A stretch of DNA of 64,000 nt from an uncultured delta proteobacterium (GTDB lineage: Bacteria; Myxococcota; Myxococcia; Myxococcales; Myxococcaceae). How positions within the stretch are numbered: position 1 is the first letter of the stretch; each line of letters starts with the position of its first letter. Shown here one piece after another: positions 28,955 to 43,186 of this stretch. The notes beneath the pieces are model-generated. The model did no database searches. It was not told where the DNA came from and worked only from the letters and a program-made list of their open reading frames with translations. Location of the stretch: NCBI GenBank assembly GCA_963776345.1, contig CAVZMH010000012.1, forward strand, positions 1 to 64,000. The letters run 5' to 3'. A program made the translations under genes and the position numbers.

Positions 28955-30112
28955 ATGCTCGCACGGCGCCAGGCTCGCTCGTCGCTCCGCTCGACGCTGC
29001 TCGGCGCGGGGGCGGCGCTCGTGCTGTGCGCGTGCAGCGGGCAGGTCCTTTCTCCCAATGGAGGAGCCGGGCTCCAGCTTCCGGGTGGGCCGGGCCCGGA
29101 CGGAGGGGACGGAGGGACGCTCGACGGAGGCGCGGTCGACGGCGGGCGCGCCGATGCCGGCACGACCGACGCCGGCACCGATGGCGGGAGCGCGTTGCCG
29201 GACCGCTTCCCCGCGACCTCGACGATCTACGAGGACGTGTCCAGCGCCCCGCTCGACCCGGGCTCGGCGCAGATCATCGCCCACCTGGCGGATGCGGGCT
29301 GGGGCTCGGGAGCGATGCAGATCGACTTCAGCTTCGACGTGCTCCACGCCGATGGCTCGGTGCAGCCGCGGACCTTCACCCCGGCGCCCGGGTACTACAC
29401 GCCCGACTGCGACCAGGTCCCGGTCCCCGTCCCGCCGGGCGGAGCGACCGAGGGCTCCACCAGCTACGCCTGCGACACCTCGCGGAACGACTGCCACCTG
29501 CTCGTCTACCAGGGGCGGCGCCTGTACGAGCTGTACCAGGCGAACATCGCCGGCGGCCTGGCCGGCGGCTCTCCGTTCACCACCATCTGCGCCGTGGTCT
29601 GGGACCTGGACCGCGACTACTGGCAGCCCGGCACTCCGTACAGCCGCGGCGACCAGTGCACCAGCGCCGACGCGGCCGGGCTCCCCATCGCCCCGCTGCT
29701 GGTGACCGGCGCCGAGCTGCAGGCCGGGGTCGTCCCGCACGCGCTGCGCTTCATCCTCCCCAATCCGAGGATGGCGAGCGGCGTGTACGTCCACCCGGCG
29801 ACGCACGGGGGCTCTCCGAGCGGTGACGCGCTCTACCCGCCGTACGGCGCGCGCTTCCGCCTCCGGTCCAGCTTCGACGTCTCCCGGCTCCCGAACGCGG
29901 CGGCACGGGCGGTGGCGGTGGCGCTCCAGACCTACGGGATGATCCTCGCCGACGGTGGCAACATCCCGCTCACCATGGACCAGAGCGCCGCCGCGTACCT
30001 CGGCTCGCACGACCTGGCGCTGCTCCAGGTCTCCGACTTCGAGATGGTGGCCGCCCCGAGCGCCCGCATCACGCTCACCTACGACTGCACGCGCACGCCC
30101 CTGACCCAGTAG
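28955..30112 (+). CDS. Hypothetical lipoprotein with DGG/DAG linker
   Basis: Lipobox LCAC; DGG/DAG repeats; SADAAGLP, HALRF, YGMILADGG conserved-looking blocks. Confidence 0.8.
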   Translation: MLARRQARSSLRSTLLGAGAALVLCACSGQVLSPNGGAGLQLPGGPGPDGGDGGTLDGGAVDGGRADAGTTDAGTDGGSALPDRFPATSTIYEDVSSAPLDPGSAQIIAHLADAGWGSGAMQIDFSFDVLHADGSVQPRTFTPAPGYYTPDCDQVPVPVPPGGATEGSTSYACDTSRNDCHLLVYQGRRLYELYQANIAGGLAGGSPFTTICAVVWDLDRDYWQPGTPYSRGDQCTSADAAGLPIAPLLVTGAELQAGVVPHALRFILPNPRMASGVYVHPATHGGSPSGDALYPPYGARFRLRSSFDVSRLPNAAARAVAVALQTYGMILADGGNIPLTMDQSAAAYLGSHDLALLQVSDFEMVAAPSARITLTYDCTRTPLTQ

Positions 30113-30118
30113 CCAGCC

Positions 30119-31426
30119 TCAGGAGGTGTACGCCGCCTCGCCGTGCTGGGTGGCGTCGAGCCCCTCACGCTCCTCGTCCTCGTGGACGCGGAGGCCCATC
30201 GTGCGGTCGAGCACGAAGAGGATTCCCAGCGTCACCACCAGCGTGTACCCGCCCGCGACGAGGAGCCCCACCGCCTGCTTCCAGAGGAGCGACGGGTCAC
30301 CGGCCAGGAGCCCGTCCGCGCCGGCCGGGTTCAGCGCCTTCCGGGAGAACACGCCGACCAGCAGCGCTCCGAGCATGCCGCCCACGCCGTGCACGCCCCA
30401 GGCGTCCAGCGAGTCGTCGTAGTGGAACTTCCGCTCCTTGAGCTGCACCGCGCCCCAGCACGCCAGCCCCGCCAGCGCGCCGATGACCAGCGAGGCCGCC
30501 GGGGAGACGAAGCCCGCGGCCGGGGTGATGGCCACCAGTCCCGCGACGAGGCCGGAGACGAAGCCGAGCAGCGTGGGCTTCCTCCGGAACACCCACTCGG
30601 CCACTACCCAGGACATCGCCGCCGACGCCGCAGCGATGTGCGTCGTCGAGAAGGCGAGCGCCGCGGTCTGGCCGGCCGCCAGCGCGCTCCCGGCGTTGAA
30701 CCCGAACCACCCGAACCACAGCAGCCCCGCCCCGGTGATGGTCATCGGCAGGGAGTGGGGAATGAACTTCTCGCGCCCGTACCCGACCCGCTTGCCGATG
30801 AACAGCGCGCAGATGAGCGCCGACAGCCCCGCCGTCCAGTGCACCACCGTGCCACCGGCGAAGTCGAGCACGCCGAGCGACGCCATCCACCCGCCATCCG
30901 CCCAGACCCAGTGGGCCACCGGGTCGTAGACCAGCGTGCTCCAGAGGAGGGTGAAGGCCACGTAGGCGCTGAACTTCATCCGCTCGACGAACGCGCCGCT
31001 GATCAGCGCCGGGGTGATGATCGCGAACTTCATCTGGAAGGCCATGAAGGCCAGCGCTGGCACGCTGCCCTTCAGCGAGCCCACCACGCCGTCGAGCAGC
31101 ACGTAGTCCGTGCCGCCGATGACCCCGCCATGCGTCTTCCCGAACGTCAGCGAGTACCCGAAGAACACCCACTGCACCGTCACCAGCGCCAGCGCGAAGT
31201 GGCTGTACATCAGCGTGGCAAGAACGTTCTTCCGGCGAACCATCCCCCCGTAGAAGAGGGCCAGCCCCGGCGTCATCAGGAGCACCAGGGCGGCGCTGAC
31301 CAGCATCCAGGCGGTGTCGCCCGTGTCGGCGTGGGCCTCGGTCGCCTGGGCCCAGGCGCGTCCGGGCACACAGAGGATGGCGGCGCAGAGGGCCAACCCT
31401 GCGGTCCGGACGGTCGGTCGGTCCAT
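30119..31426 (-). CDS. amtB: Ammonium transporter
   Basis: MTPGLALFYGG, DFAGGTVVH, WFGWFGFNAGS, DDSLDAWGVHG. Confidence 0.96.
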   Translation of the reverse strand: MDRPTVRTAGLALCAAILCVPGRAWAQATEAHADTGDTAWMLVSAALVLLMTPGLALFYGGMVRRKNVLATLMYSHFALALVTVQWVFFGYSLTFGKTHGGVIGGTDYVLLDGVVGSLKGSVPALAFMAFQMKFAIITPALISGAFVERMKFSAYVAFTLLWSTLVYDPVAHWVWADGGWMASLGVLDFAGGTVVHWTAGLSALICALFIGKRVGYGREKFIPHSLPMTITGAGLLWFGWFGFNAGSALAAGQTAALAFSTTHIAAASAAMSWVVAEWVFRRKPTLLGFVSGLVAGLVAITPAAGFVSPAASLVIGALAGLACWGAVQLKERKFHYDDSLDAWGVHGVGGMLGALLVGVFSRKALNPAGADGLLAGDPSLLWKQAVGLLVAGGYTLVVTLGILFVLDRTMGLRVHEDEEREGLDATQHGEAAYTS

Positions 31427-31446
31427 GCCCCGGACTGTCGCATTGA

Positions 31447-31462
31447 CGCGTTGCGTGTGCCA
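31447..31462 (-). promoter_or_regulatory. Possible sigma54 promoter of amtB
   Basis: TGGCACACGCAACGCG: perfect -24 box and GG-N10-GC spacing, imperfect -12 box. Confidence 0.5.
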
Positions 31463-31522
31463 CACCCGCGTGACACTCCGGGCCGTAACGCCCGGGGGCC
31501 CACCGGTGTTCAAGCCTCCAGC

Positions 31523-33144
<1,622 letters not shown>

Positions 33145-33148
<4 letters not shown>

Positions 33149-34374
33149 GCCCCTTCTCCCGACGCCAGTTCCTCCGCTCGGCCGGCGCGCTGGCCGCGCT
33201 CGGCGCCGTGCCCGGCTTCCTCGGACGGGCGCTCGCCGCGTCGAGCCCGGGCGCCCAGAAGACGCTGGTGCTGGTCTTCCTCCGCGGCGGCGCGGACGGC
33301 CTCTCCATCGTCCCGCCGGTCGGCGACCCGGCGTACCGGGCCGCGCGCCCGACGCTCGCGCTCGCGCCGCCGGGCAAGGAGGGAGGCGCGCTCCGCCTCG
33401 ACGACGTCTTCGCCCTGCACCCGGCGCTCGCCCCGCTGCTCCCGCTGTGGAGGGACGGCACCCTGGGCATCGTGCACGCCGCAGGGCTCCCCGGCGCCAC
33501 CCGCTCGCACTTCGACGCGCAGGACTTCTGCGAGAGCGGCACGCCGGGGACGAAGTCCACCGCCGACGGCTGGGTGAACCGCGCCGTGCAGCGCGCGCCC
33601 GGCCCGGACGGCGCCTTCCGCGTGGTGGCGCTGCAGCCCACCCTCCCGCGGATGCTGGTGGGCGACGCGCCGGCGGTGGCGATGTCCTCGCTCGGTCAGT
33701 TCCGGCTCCCCGGCGGCCCCGGCGGGAGCAACGCCTTCGACGCGCTCTACGCCCAGGCGGTGGACACCGCGCTGCGGACGACCGGACTCGAGACCTTCGA
33801 GGCGCTGCGCGAGGCAGGCTCGGCGAAGCTGGCGCAGCTCCCACCGGCCAACGGCGCCGAGTACGCGGCGGCGCCCATCGCCCGGCGGCTGCAGGACGTC
33901 GCCCGTCTCATCCGCTCCGGCGTGGGGCTCCAGGTCGCCGTCACCGACATGGGCGGCTGGGACACCCACGTGGGCGAGGGGACGGAGAAGGGGCAGCTCG
34001 CGTCGCGGCTGTCCGAGCTCGGCGGGGCGCTCGCTGCCTTCGCGCGCGACCTGGGCGCACGCTGGGCCGACACCCGGGTGGTGGTGATGACCGAGTTCGG
34101 GCGCACCGCGCGCGAGAACGGCAACCGCGGCACCGACCACGGGACCGCCTCGGTGATGCTGGTCCTCGGCGGCGGGGTGCGCGGCGGCCGGGTGGTGGGC
34201 GGCTACCGCGGCCTCGCCAGGTCCGAGCTCTTCGAGGAGCGGGACCTGGCCATCGGCACCGACGTGCGCTCGGTGCTCTGGGAGGCCGCGCGGGCGCAGC
34301 TCGACCTGCGCGACGCCTCGGCGGTGTTCCCGGGGTTCAGCCCCGGGTCACCGGTGCTCGGCAGGGACGCCTAG
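33145..34374 (+). CDS. DUF1501-family protein (Tat signal)
   Basis: SRRQFL; LRGGADGL, RSHFDAQ, GGWDTH, EFGRT, GTDHG; ATGA overlap with DUF1800. Confidence 0.93.
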
Positions 34375-34388
34375 CTCCGCGGAGGGGC

Positions 34389-34649
34389 TCAGGCGGTGCG
34401 GCGGCGCTTGGCGAAGCCCACCAGGAGCAGCACGACGATGGCGCCGACGATGGACCAGATGAGCCCGGTCGGATGCAGGTCCAGGAGGTCCCCGCCGGTG
34501 AGGAGCGAGCCGAGCAGGCCTCCGACGAAGCTGCCGACGATGCCGAGCAGGATGGTCGCGAGCCATCCCATCGACTGGCTGCCAGGGACGATGGCCCGAG
34601 CGATGAGACCCGCCACCAGCCCAATCACGATCATTGTGAGGATGCCCAC
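34389..34649 (-). CDS. GlsB/YeaQ/YmgE-family (transglycosylase-associated) membrane protein
   Basis: GGAGG RBS; IGLVAGLIARAIVPG, LGIVGSFVGG, SIVGAIVVL. Confidence 0.92.
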   Translation of the reverse strand: MGILTMIVIGLVAGLIARAIVPGSQSMGWLATILLGIVGSFVGGLLGSLLTGGDLLDLHPTGLIWSIVGAIVVLLLVGFAKRRRTA

Positions 34650-34868
34650 GGTCCTACCTCCTGTCGGCGGCCCCCGGAGGTCCGGATGGTCTTCGACGGT
34701 TGAGATGTATGACGTGTGCGCAGAGGGACCAGTGCGACCAAGGGCCTACTCGGGGAGACATTCTGTTCCCGACGTACTCGAGACCCACTGAACTCGGGTT
34801 CGTGGGTCACCTTTGCGTACAGGAACCGACACGACATGGGGGATGACAGTCGGCCACGCTGGGGGCCG

Positions 34869-35717
34869 ATGCGAGAAACGCTTGCCGTCACGGCGCCCTA
34901 CGACGCGGCCTGGGTGCTCGAGTTCCTCGGAGCGCGCGCCCTCCCCGGCGTCGAGCGAGTGGAGGGCGCCGTCTGGGAGCGGGCCACGCTCATCCGTGGC
35001 CACCCGGTGTTGATCCGAGTCCACGTCCGCCCGGACGGACTGGACGTCGAGACGCCGGAGCGGCTGGAACCGCTCTCCCGAGCTCGGCTGGAGCGACTGT
35101 TCGACACCCGCACCGACGTGGCAGGGGTGCGTGCGGCGCTCGCGCGCGATGCGCGGCTGCGGCGGACGATGGAGCGGCGCCCCGGCCTGCGCGTGCCTGG
35201 CGCATGGGAGCCGTTCGAGACCGCGGTGCGGGCCATCATCGGGCAGCAGATCTCGGTGGTGGCAGCGGTCACCGTCGCCCGCCGCCTGGTCGAGGCGTTT
35301 GGCACGCCGTGGCCCGAGTTGCCCGGCGGGCCGTGGCGGGGCTTTCCCTCGCCGGAGGTGCTGGCCAGCGCGCCGCTCGAGCAGGTGCCAGGTCTTCGCC
35401 TTCGCGCGCCGGTGGTCCGCGCGCTCGCCTCGGCCGTGTGCTCGGGCGCGCTCCGCCTCGACGGTAGCTGGCCGCTCGAGCAGGTGGAGCGCGCGCTCCG
35501 TTCCATCCGCGGCATCGGGCCATGGACCGCCTCCATCGTGGCCCTGCGCGCGCTGGGCGATCCCGACGCGCTCCCCGCCGCGGACCTCGGCCTGCGTCGG
35601 GCGCTCGGACGCGGACGGCGGCTGGCGAGCGCGCGCGAGGTGGAACGGCGCGCGGAGCGCTGGCGGCCGTGGCGCGGGTACGCGACGCTGTGGCTCTGGT
35701 CGGAGGGCGCGACGTGA
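34869..35717 (+). CDS. alkA: DNA-3-methyladenine glycosylase II
   Basis: AlkA N-terminal domain; FETAVRAIIGQQIS; HhH IRGIGPWTA; DLG; WRPWRGYA. Confidence 0.92.
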   Translation: MRETLAVTAPYDAAWVLEFLGARALPGVERVEGAVWERATLIRGHPVLIRVHVRPDGLDVETPERLEPLSRARLERLFDTRTDVAGVRAALARDARLRRTMERRPGLRVPGAWEPFETAVRAIIGQQISVVAAVTVARRLVEAFGTPWPELPGGPWRGFPSPEVLASAPLEQVPGLRLRAPVVRALASAVCSGALRLDGSWPLEQVERALRSIRGIGPWTASIVALRALGDPDALPAADLGLRRALGRGRRLASAREVERRAERWRPWRGYATLWLWSEGAT

Positions 35718-36232
35718 GGAGACTCGAGATCGGCGTGTACCACTCGCCCGTCGGCCCGCTCGGGCTCGCCGCCGAGGACGGGGTGCTGGTGGCGGTCACC
35801 TTCGACGGGCTCGAGCCGCTGCGCGCCTGGGTGACCCGGGCGCTCGGGCCCTGCGAGGCGCTACCGGACGCCGACCCTGCCGGCGTCTCGGCCGCGCTCC
35901 GGCGCTTCTTCTCCGGCCAGCTGGATGCGCTGGCCTCGGTCCCGGTCCGGCTCCATGGCACCGAGTTCCAGCGGCGCACGTGGGAGGCGCTCCGCCGCAT
36001 CCCCGCGGGCACGACCTGGACCTATCGCCGGCTCGCCGAGGAGCTCGGGGATCCGCGGGCGACCCGGGCGGTCGGCGCGGCGAACGGACAGAACCCGGTC
36101 CCGGTGGTGGTCCCCTGCCACCGGGTCATCGGCTCGGACGGCGGGCTCACCGGCTTCGGCGGTGGTCTGGAGCGCAAGCGATGGCTCCTGCAGCACGAGG
36201 GCGCGCTCCAGCCTGTGCTGCCGCTGGAATGA
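35714..36232 (+). CDS. ogt: Methylated-DNA-protein-cysteine methyltransferase
   Basis: GTEFQ, RAVGAANGQNP, PCHRV; GTGA overlap with alkA. Confidence 0.95.
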   Translation: MRRLEIGVYHSPVGPLGLAAEDGVLVAVTFDGLEPLRAWVTRALGPCEALPDADPAGVSAALRRFFSGQLDALASVPVRLHGTEFQRRTWEALRRIPAGTTWTYRRLAEELGDPRATRAVGAANGQNPVPVVVPCHRVIGSDGGLTGFGGGLERKRWLLQHEGALQPVLPLE

Positions 36233-36278
36233 GCCTGGTGCGGGGGACCGAGTTCTCGTCCAGACTGCGCGCCTTCAC

Positions 36279-38003
36279 ATGGCACGACCGACCGCCTCGC
36301 TCCAGACCCACGCCGAGCTCACCCGCTACGCCGAGACCGGACCCGCCGAGGAGGTGGACGCGCTCGCCCGCGCCTTCGTCCGCCGCTTCCAGGGGCGGGT
36401 GCGCGCCGAACGCTTCGGCGCCACGCCCGAGGGCCGTCCACTCTGGATGCTCGCCGCGAGCGACGACGGGACGCTCACCCCCGAACGGGCGCGACGCCGT
36501 GGACGGCCGGTGGTGTTCGCGCTGGCGGGCATCCACCCCGGAGAGATCGACGGGAAGGACGCCGGGTTCCAGCTGCTGCGCGAGCTGCTCGAGGGCACCG
36601 CCCTCCCCGCGGTTCTCCGGGAGCTCACCTTCGTCTTCGTCCCCATCTTCAACCCGGACGGGCACGAGCACGCCTCGCCGCACCACCGCCCCAACCAGAA
36701 CGGACCGCGCGTCCAGGGCTGGCGCTCCACCGCCCGGAACCTGAACCTGAACCGCGACTGGATGAAGGCGGACTCGCCGGAGATGCGGGCGCTCCTGCCG
36801 CAGCTCGGGGCGTGGGACCCGCTGGTGTTCCTCGACCTCCACGTCACCGACGGCGCGCACTTCCAGCCGGACGTCTCGCTGCTGGTCGCGCCGCTCATCG
36901 AAGGGCCACCGGCGATGCAGGCCATGGCCCGGGTGCTCCAGGAGGAGATCCACGCCGAGCTGCGCGCCGGCGGGCACCTGCCGCTCGACTTCTACCCCGC
37001 GCTGGTGCGGGAGGACGATCCGGCCTCGGGCTTCACCCGGACGGTCTACCCGCCGCGCTTCTCGCACACCTACTGGGGGCTCCGGCACCGGCTGGCGGTG
37101 CTGGTCGAGACGCACAGCTGGAAGGACTACCGGACGCGGGTCCTCACCACGCGCGACCTGCTCGCCGCAGCGCTGCGCTCGGTCCGGACGCACGGGCCGG
37201 CGTGGCGGGTGCGGATGCGCGGCCTGGACCAGGACACCGCGCGGAAGCCGCCCGCGGCGCTCGACCTCGCCTTCGCCGCGACCGAGGAGACCGAGACCAT
37301 CGAGTTTCCGGGGTACGCCTACGACCGCGCGCCGTCGCCGGCGACGGGCGGGACGTACCTCCGCTTCCACCTGGACCGGCCGGAGGTCTGGCGTGTGCCG
37401 CTCCGGAGCCGGATGGTCCCGACCACCCGCGTGCAGCTGCCCCGCGGCGGCTGGGCCGTGCCACCGGGCTGGGCCGAGGTGGTGGCCTCCGCGCTCGACC
37501 CGCACGGCGTCGAGCACCGGAGGCTGACCCGCGCCACCCCGGCGCGTGTGTCGACGTTCGAGCTGACCGACCCGCGCCCGGCCGCGGCCCCGTCCGAGGG
37601 CCGGCAGCGCCTGGAGCCCGCCGGGGCCTGGTCGGCGGCGCGCTCGCAGCAGCTCCCCCGCGGGACCCTGGTCATCCCCATCGCGCAGCCCCGGGCCGAG
37701 CTGGCGGCCCACCTGCTCGAGCCCACCGGGCCCGACTCGCTGATGGCCTGGGGCACGTTCAACGCCGCCTTCCAGCAGCAGGAGTACGTCGAGGCGTACC
37801 TGCTCGAGCCCTGGGCCGAGGCGGAGCTGGCGCGCGACGCCGCGCTGCGGGCGGCGTTCGAGGAGCGGCTGCGCGATCCGGCGTTCGCCGCCGACCCGGA
37901 CGCGCGGCGCCGCTTCTTCCTCGTGCGGCATCCCTCGTACGACCAGCGCATCCGGAGGGCGACGGTGCTGCGGCTCGCTGCGCCGCTGGCGAGCCGGAGC
38001 TAA
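36279..38003 (+). CDS. M14-family zinc carboxypeptidase
   Basis: GIHPGEIDG, NPDG, NLNRD, DLHVTDG, LVETHS. Confidence 0.9.
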   Translation: MARPTASLQTHAELTRYAETGPAEEVDALARAFVRRFQGRVRAERFGATPEGRPLWMLAASDDGTLTPERARRRGRPVVFALAGIHPGEIDGKDAGFQLLRELLEGTALPAVLRELTFVFVPIFNPDGHEHASPHHRPNQNGPRVQGWRSTARNLNLNRDWMKADSPEMRALLPQLGAWDPLVFLDLHVTDGAHFQPDVSLLVAPLIEGPPAMQAMARVLQEEIHAELRAGGHLPLDFYPALVREDDPASGFTRTVYPPRFSHTYWGLRHRLAVLVETHSWKDYRTRVLTTRDLLAAALRSVRTHGPAWRVRMRGLDQDTARKPPAALDLAFAATEETETIEFPGYAYDRAPSPATGGTYLRFHLDRPEVWRVPLRSRMVPTTRVQLPRGGWAVPPGWAEVVASALDPHGVEHRRLTRATPARVSTFELTDPRPAAAPSEGRQRLEPAGAWSAARSQQLPRGTLVIPIAQPRAELAAHLLEPTGPDSLMAWGTFNAAFQQQEYVEAYLLEPWAEAELARDAALRAAFEERLRDPAFAADPDARRRFFLVRHPSYDQRIRRATVLRLAAPLASRS

Positions 38004-38087
38004 GTTAGCCGAGGTCGTCGGGCCGGGGGCGCGGCGCGCCGGTGCGCGGACGGTCCCCGGGCCGGGGAGCGCGTTCCCCGCACCTCC

Positions 38088-38423
38088 TCAGGCGCTCGAG
38101 CCCTCGGCCGGACCGAAGAAGACCAGCGCCTCCAGCGTCTCCCGGATGTCGACGAAGCGGTGCTCGAGCCGGGCGGGGACGAAGAGCACCGCCCCCGGGC
38201 CAACCTCCCGCTCGTCGTCACCGGCGCGAAAACGGCACCGCCCGCGGACGACCACGTAGACCTCGTCCTCGGAGTGGGGCTGCTGCAGGTCGGTGGCGCC
38301 CGCCTCCAGCCGGTAGAGGCCGCCGCTCAGGTCCGGGACGCGGAGGAACTCGAGGTAGCGGCGGCCCGCGGCGTTTCGCGTGACTTCCAGCGACTCCACT
38401 GTCGTGAACAGCGCCTCACCCAT
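38088..38423 (-). CDS. Cupin-domain protein
   Basis: QQPHSEDEVY and FVPARLEHRF motifs. Confidence 0.9.
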   Translation of the reverse strand: MGEALFTTVESLEVTRNAAGRRYLEFLRVPDLSGGLYRLEAGATDLQQPHSEDEVYVVVRGRCRFRAGDDEREVGPGAVLFVPARLEHRFVDIRETLEALVFFGPAEGSSA

Positions 38424-38510
38424 CGTCGAACCTCCCAGCGCGGCGGCCCGGCTCAGCGTTCGATCGCCGGCGCGACCCCCGAGCGGGAGCTCGGGCGCGG
38501 CGTCCCCCCT

Positions 38511-41000
<2,490 letters not shown>

Positions 41001-41192
41001 GCGCCCCTCACGCCGGAGCGCCGGAATTCTTACAGCCGCACGTCTCGCACCCCTCGCGGCCGCCGAGCCAGCACGCGGCCGAGTCGAGCCTCGTGTCCGG
41101 CACCGTCGCATCGGACTGTCCAGCGCTGACCCGTCGAGCCATCCCGCGCACGTAACCCCGCAGCCCCGAAGGTGCAACGGCCGCGGTGGTCC

Positions 41193-42743
41193 TCAGAGGT
41201 CCCGAAGGACCGTCCGCGCGCAGGCGAGCCCCGACGCCCCGAACACGCCGCCGCCGGGGTGGGTGCTGGCCCCGGTCAGGTACAGGCCGCCGACCGGTGT
41301 GCGGTACCTCGACAGCGCGGGCGTGGGCCGGAACACGAACATCTGGTCCAGCGACATCTCCAGATGCATCACGTTTCCGTGCAGCAGCCCGAAGCGGCGC
41401 TCGAGGTCGAGGGGAGACTGGATGTGCCGGTGGAGGATGCGCCCGCGCATGTTGGGCGCGAAGCGGAACAGCTGCTCCAGGATGCGGTCCGCCTCGCGCT
41501 CCCGGATGCCGTCCCAGGTCTCGCCGCCGGCGAGGGCGTAGGGGTGGTACTGGCTCCAGAGGTAGCAGACGTGCTTCCCCGCGGGCGCCAGGTCCGGGTC
41601 GAACGCGGAGAAGGTCATCGCGATGACCTGCGGCTCCGAGGCGCTCCTTCCGAGCAGGTACTCGGCGTGGGCCTGCCGGACGGTGGTCTCGGACCGCGCG
41701 AGGAGCTGGAGCCCCATGTGCCGGTCGACCGGCGCGCCGGTGGGCTCGCCCAGGTACTCGGGGAGCGCCTCGGTGGCGCAGCGGACGGCCATGCCGAACC
41801 CGTTGCCCACCCGCGTCGCGGCGACCTCCTCGCGGACCGCCGGAGGCAGGTGCTCGGCGCCGAGCAGCTGGAGCAGCGTGGTGCGGACGTGCGCGCCGGA
41901 GACGACCAGGTCCGCCTCCATGCGCTCCCCGCCGGCGAGCGTCAGTCCGCGCACCCGCCCTCCCTCCACGTCGATGCGCTCCACCGGGGTCTCGGTGCGC
42001 ACCGCGCCTCCGTCCGCGGCAAGACGGCCGGCGAGCGCGCGGGTGAGCATCCCCGAGCCGCCGCGCGGGTGCTTGGCGCCGGTCCGGTGCACCACCGCGT
42101 GCCAGCCCACGAACGGGGCCGAGGCACGCTCGTCGGGCCCGGGGCCGGATTGCGCGGCGAGCCAGAGCAGCGCGGCCCGCACCGGCGCGGAGCGGAAGCG
42201 CCGCTCGATGACGTCGCCGTAGCTCTGGAGGATTTCTTGAAGCCCGGCCGTCACCGGCCGCCGGGGGCCGGGGACGGTGAAGAAGCGGCGGCCCAGCGCC
42301 ATCGGCGTGGGCGGCTCCTGGAAGAGCTTGAACACCGCCTCCGAGAGCGGGGCCCAGTCCGCCACGAAGCGGCGGTACGCGTCGGCGTCCTCGGCGCTCA
42401 CCCGGGCGATGGAGGCGCAGGTCCGGTCGAGGTCCCGGTAGAACGCGAGGTGAGGCCCGTCCGGCGTCGGGTAGTACGCCCACGGGTCCATCTCGAGGTA
42501 CTCGAGCCCGTGCCTCGCGAGCTGCAGCTCCTCGAGGATCGGCGTGGCGTGGATCATGATGTGGGCCGAGCTGCCCACGTCGTAGAGGAAGCCGGGGAAC
42601 AGCTCCTCGGTGCAGACGGCGCCGCCCACCTGCCGGCTGCGCTCGAGCACCGTGACCCGGTGACCGGCCTTCGCCAGGTAGCAGGCGCAGACCAGCGCGT
42701 TGTGCCCCGACCCCACCACCGCCACGTGCCGTGCCCGCGCCAT
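41193..42743 (-). CDS. Phytoene-dehydrogenase-like FAD oxidoreductase
   Basis: GSGHNAL, VGGA, GGSGML, LYLTGASTHPGGGVFG. Confidence 0.9.
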   Translation of the reverse strand: MARARHVAVVGSGHNALVCACYLAKAGHRVTVLERSRQVGGAVCTEELFPGFLYDVGSSAHIMIHATPILEELQLARHGLEYLEMDPWAYYPTPDGPHLAFYRDLDRTCASIARVSAEDADAYRRFVADWAPLSEAVFKLFQEPPTPMALGRRFFTVPGPRRPVTAGLQEILQSYGDVIERRFRSAPVRAALLWLAAQSGPGPDERASAPFVGWHAVVHRTGAKHPRGGSGMLTRALAGRLAADGGAVRTETPVERIDVEGGRVRGLTLAGGERMEADLVVSGAHVRTTLLQLLGAEHLPPAVREEVAATRVGNGFGMAVRCATEALPEYLGEPTGAPVDRHMGLQLLARSETTVRQAHAEYLLGRSASEPQVIAMTFSAFDPDLAPAGKHVCYLWSQYHPYALAGGETWDGIREREADRILEQLFRFAPNMRGRILHRHIQSPLDLERRFGLLHGNVMHLEMSLDQMFVFRPTPALSRYRTPVGGLYLTGASTHPGGGVFGASGLACARTVLRDL

Positions 42744-42757
42744 CCGGGCCGGAGACG

Positions 42758-43171
42758 CTATGACAGCTTCCTCCTCGGAGCATCGGAGCCGCGACCCATG
42801 CGGGTGGGCGGCTCGAGTTCGAGCCAGGCGGTGCGGCAGGCGAGGCAGGCGACCTTCCGGCCCTCGGGGAACGTCCGCTCGGTGACGACCTCCACCGCCG
42901 GCCCCTCGCCGGGCGGACATCGCGGGCAGCGCGCGCCGGGGGCCCGGACCCGGTAGGCGCGCTCGTAGGGTGGCAGGCGCAGCAGCTTGAACCATTCGAC
43001 CACCATCTCCTCGGAGAGCTGGACGTGGAGCCCGTGGCGCTCGGGCTGGACCAGGTCGTGGCGGAGCGCGAGCCAGTAGAGCCGCAGGGGCGCGAGGTGG
43101 CCGTGCATGCCCCGCTTCCGGAACTCGGCGCCGAGGCGCTTCACCATGGCCAGGAGCTCGCTCCGTTCCAT
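42758..43171 (-). CDS. Hypothetical protein with CxxC...CxxC zinc ribbon
   Basis: Fills the gap in a co-oriented run; CPRC and CLAC; typical codon use. Confidence 0.7.
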   Translation of the reverse strand: MERSELLAMVKRLGAEFRKRGMHGHLAPLRLYWLALRHDLVQPERHGLHVQLSEEMVVEWFKLLRLPPYERAYRVRAPGARCPRCPPGEGPAVEVVTERTFPEGRKVACLACRTAWLELEPPTRMGRGSDAPRRKLS

Positions 43172-43186
43172 GAGCTGAACATATGT

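Noticed and set aside
34740..34830. c-di-GMP-I riboswitch on the minus strand
   Set aside because: It has a two-hairpin look but lacks the GNRA tetraloop and the conserved GCAAA-type junction; kept only as an unknown structure
41193..42743. Carotenoid biosynthesis cluster
   Set aside because: No phytoene synthase or other crt genes nearby; the family is broad
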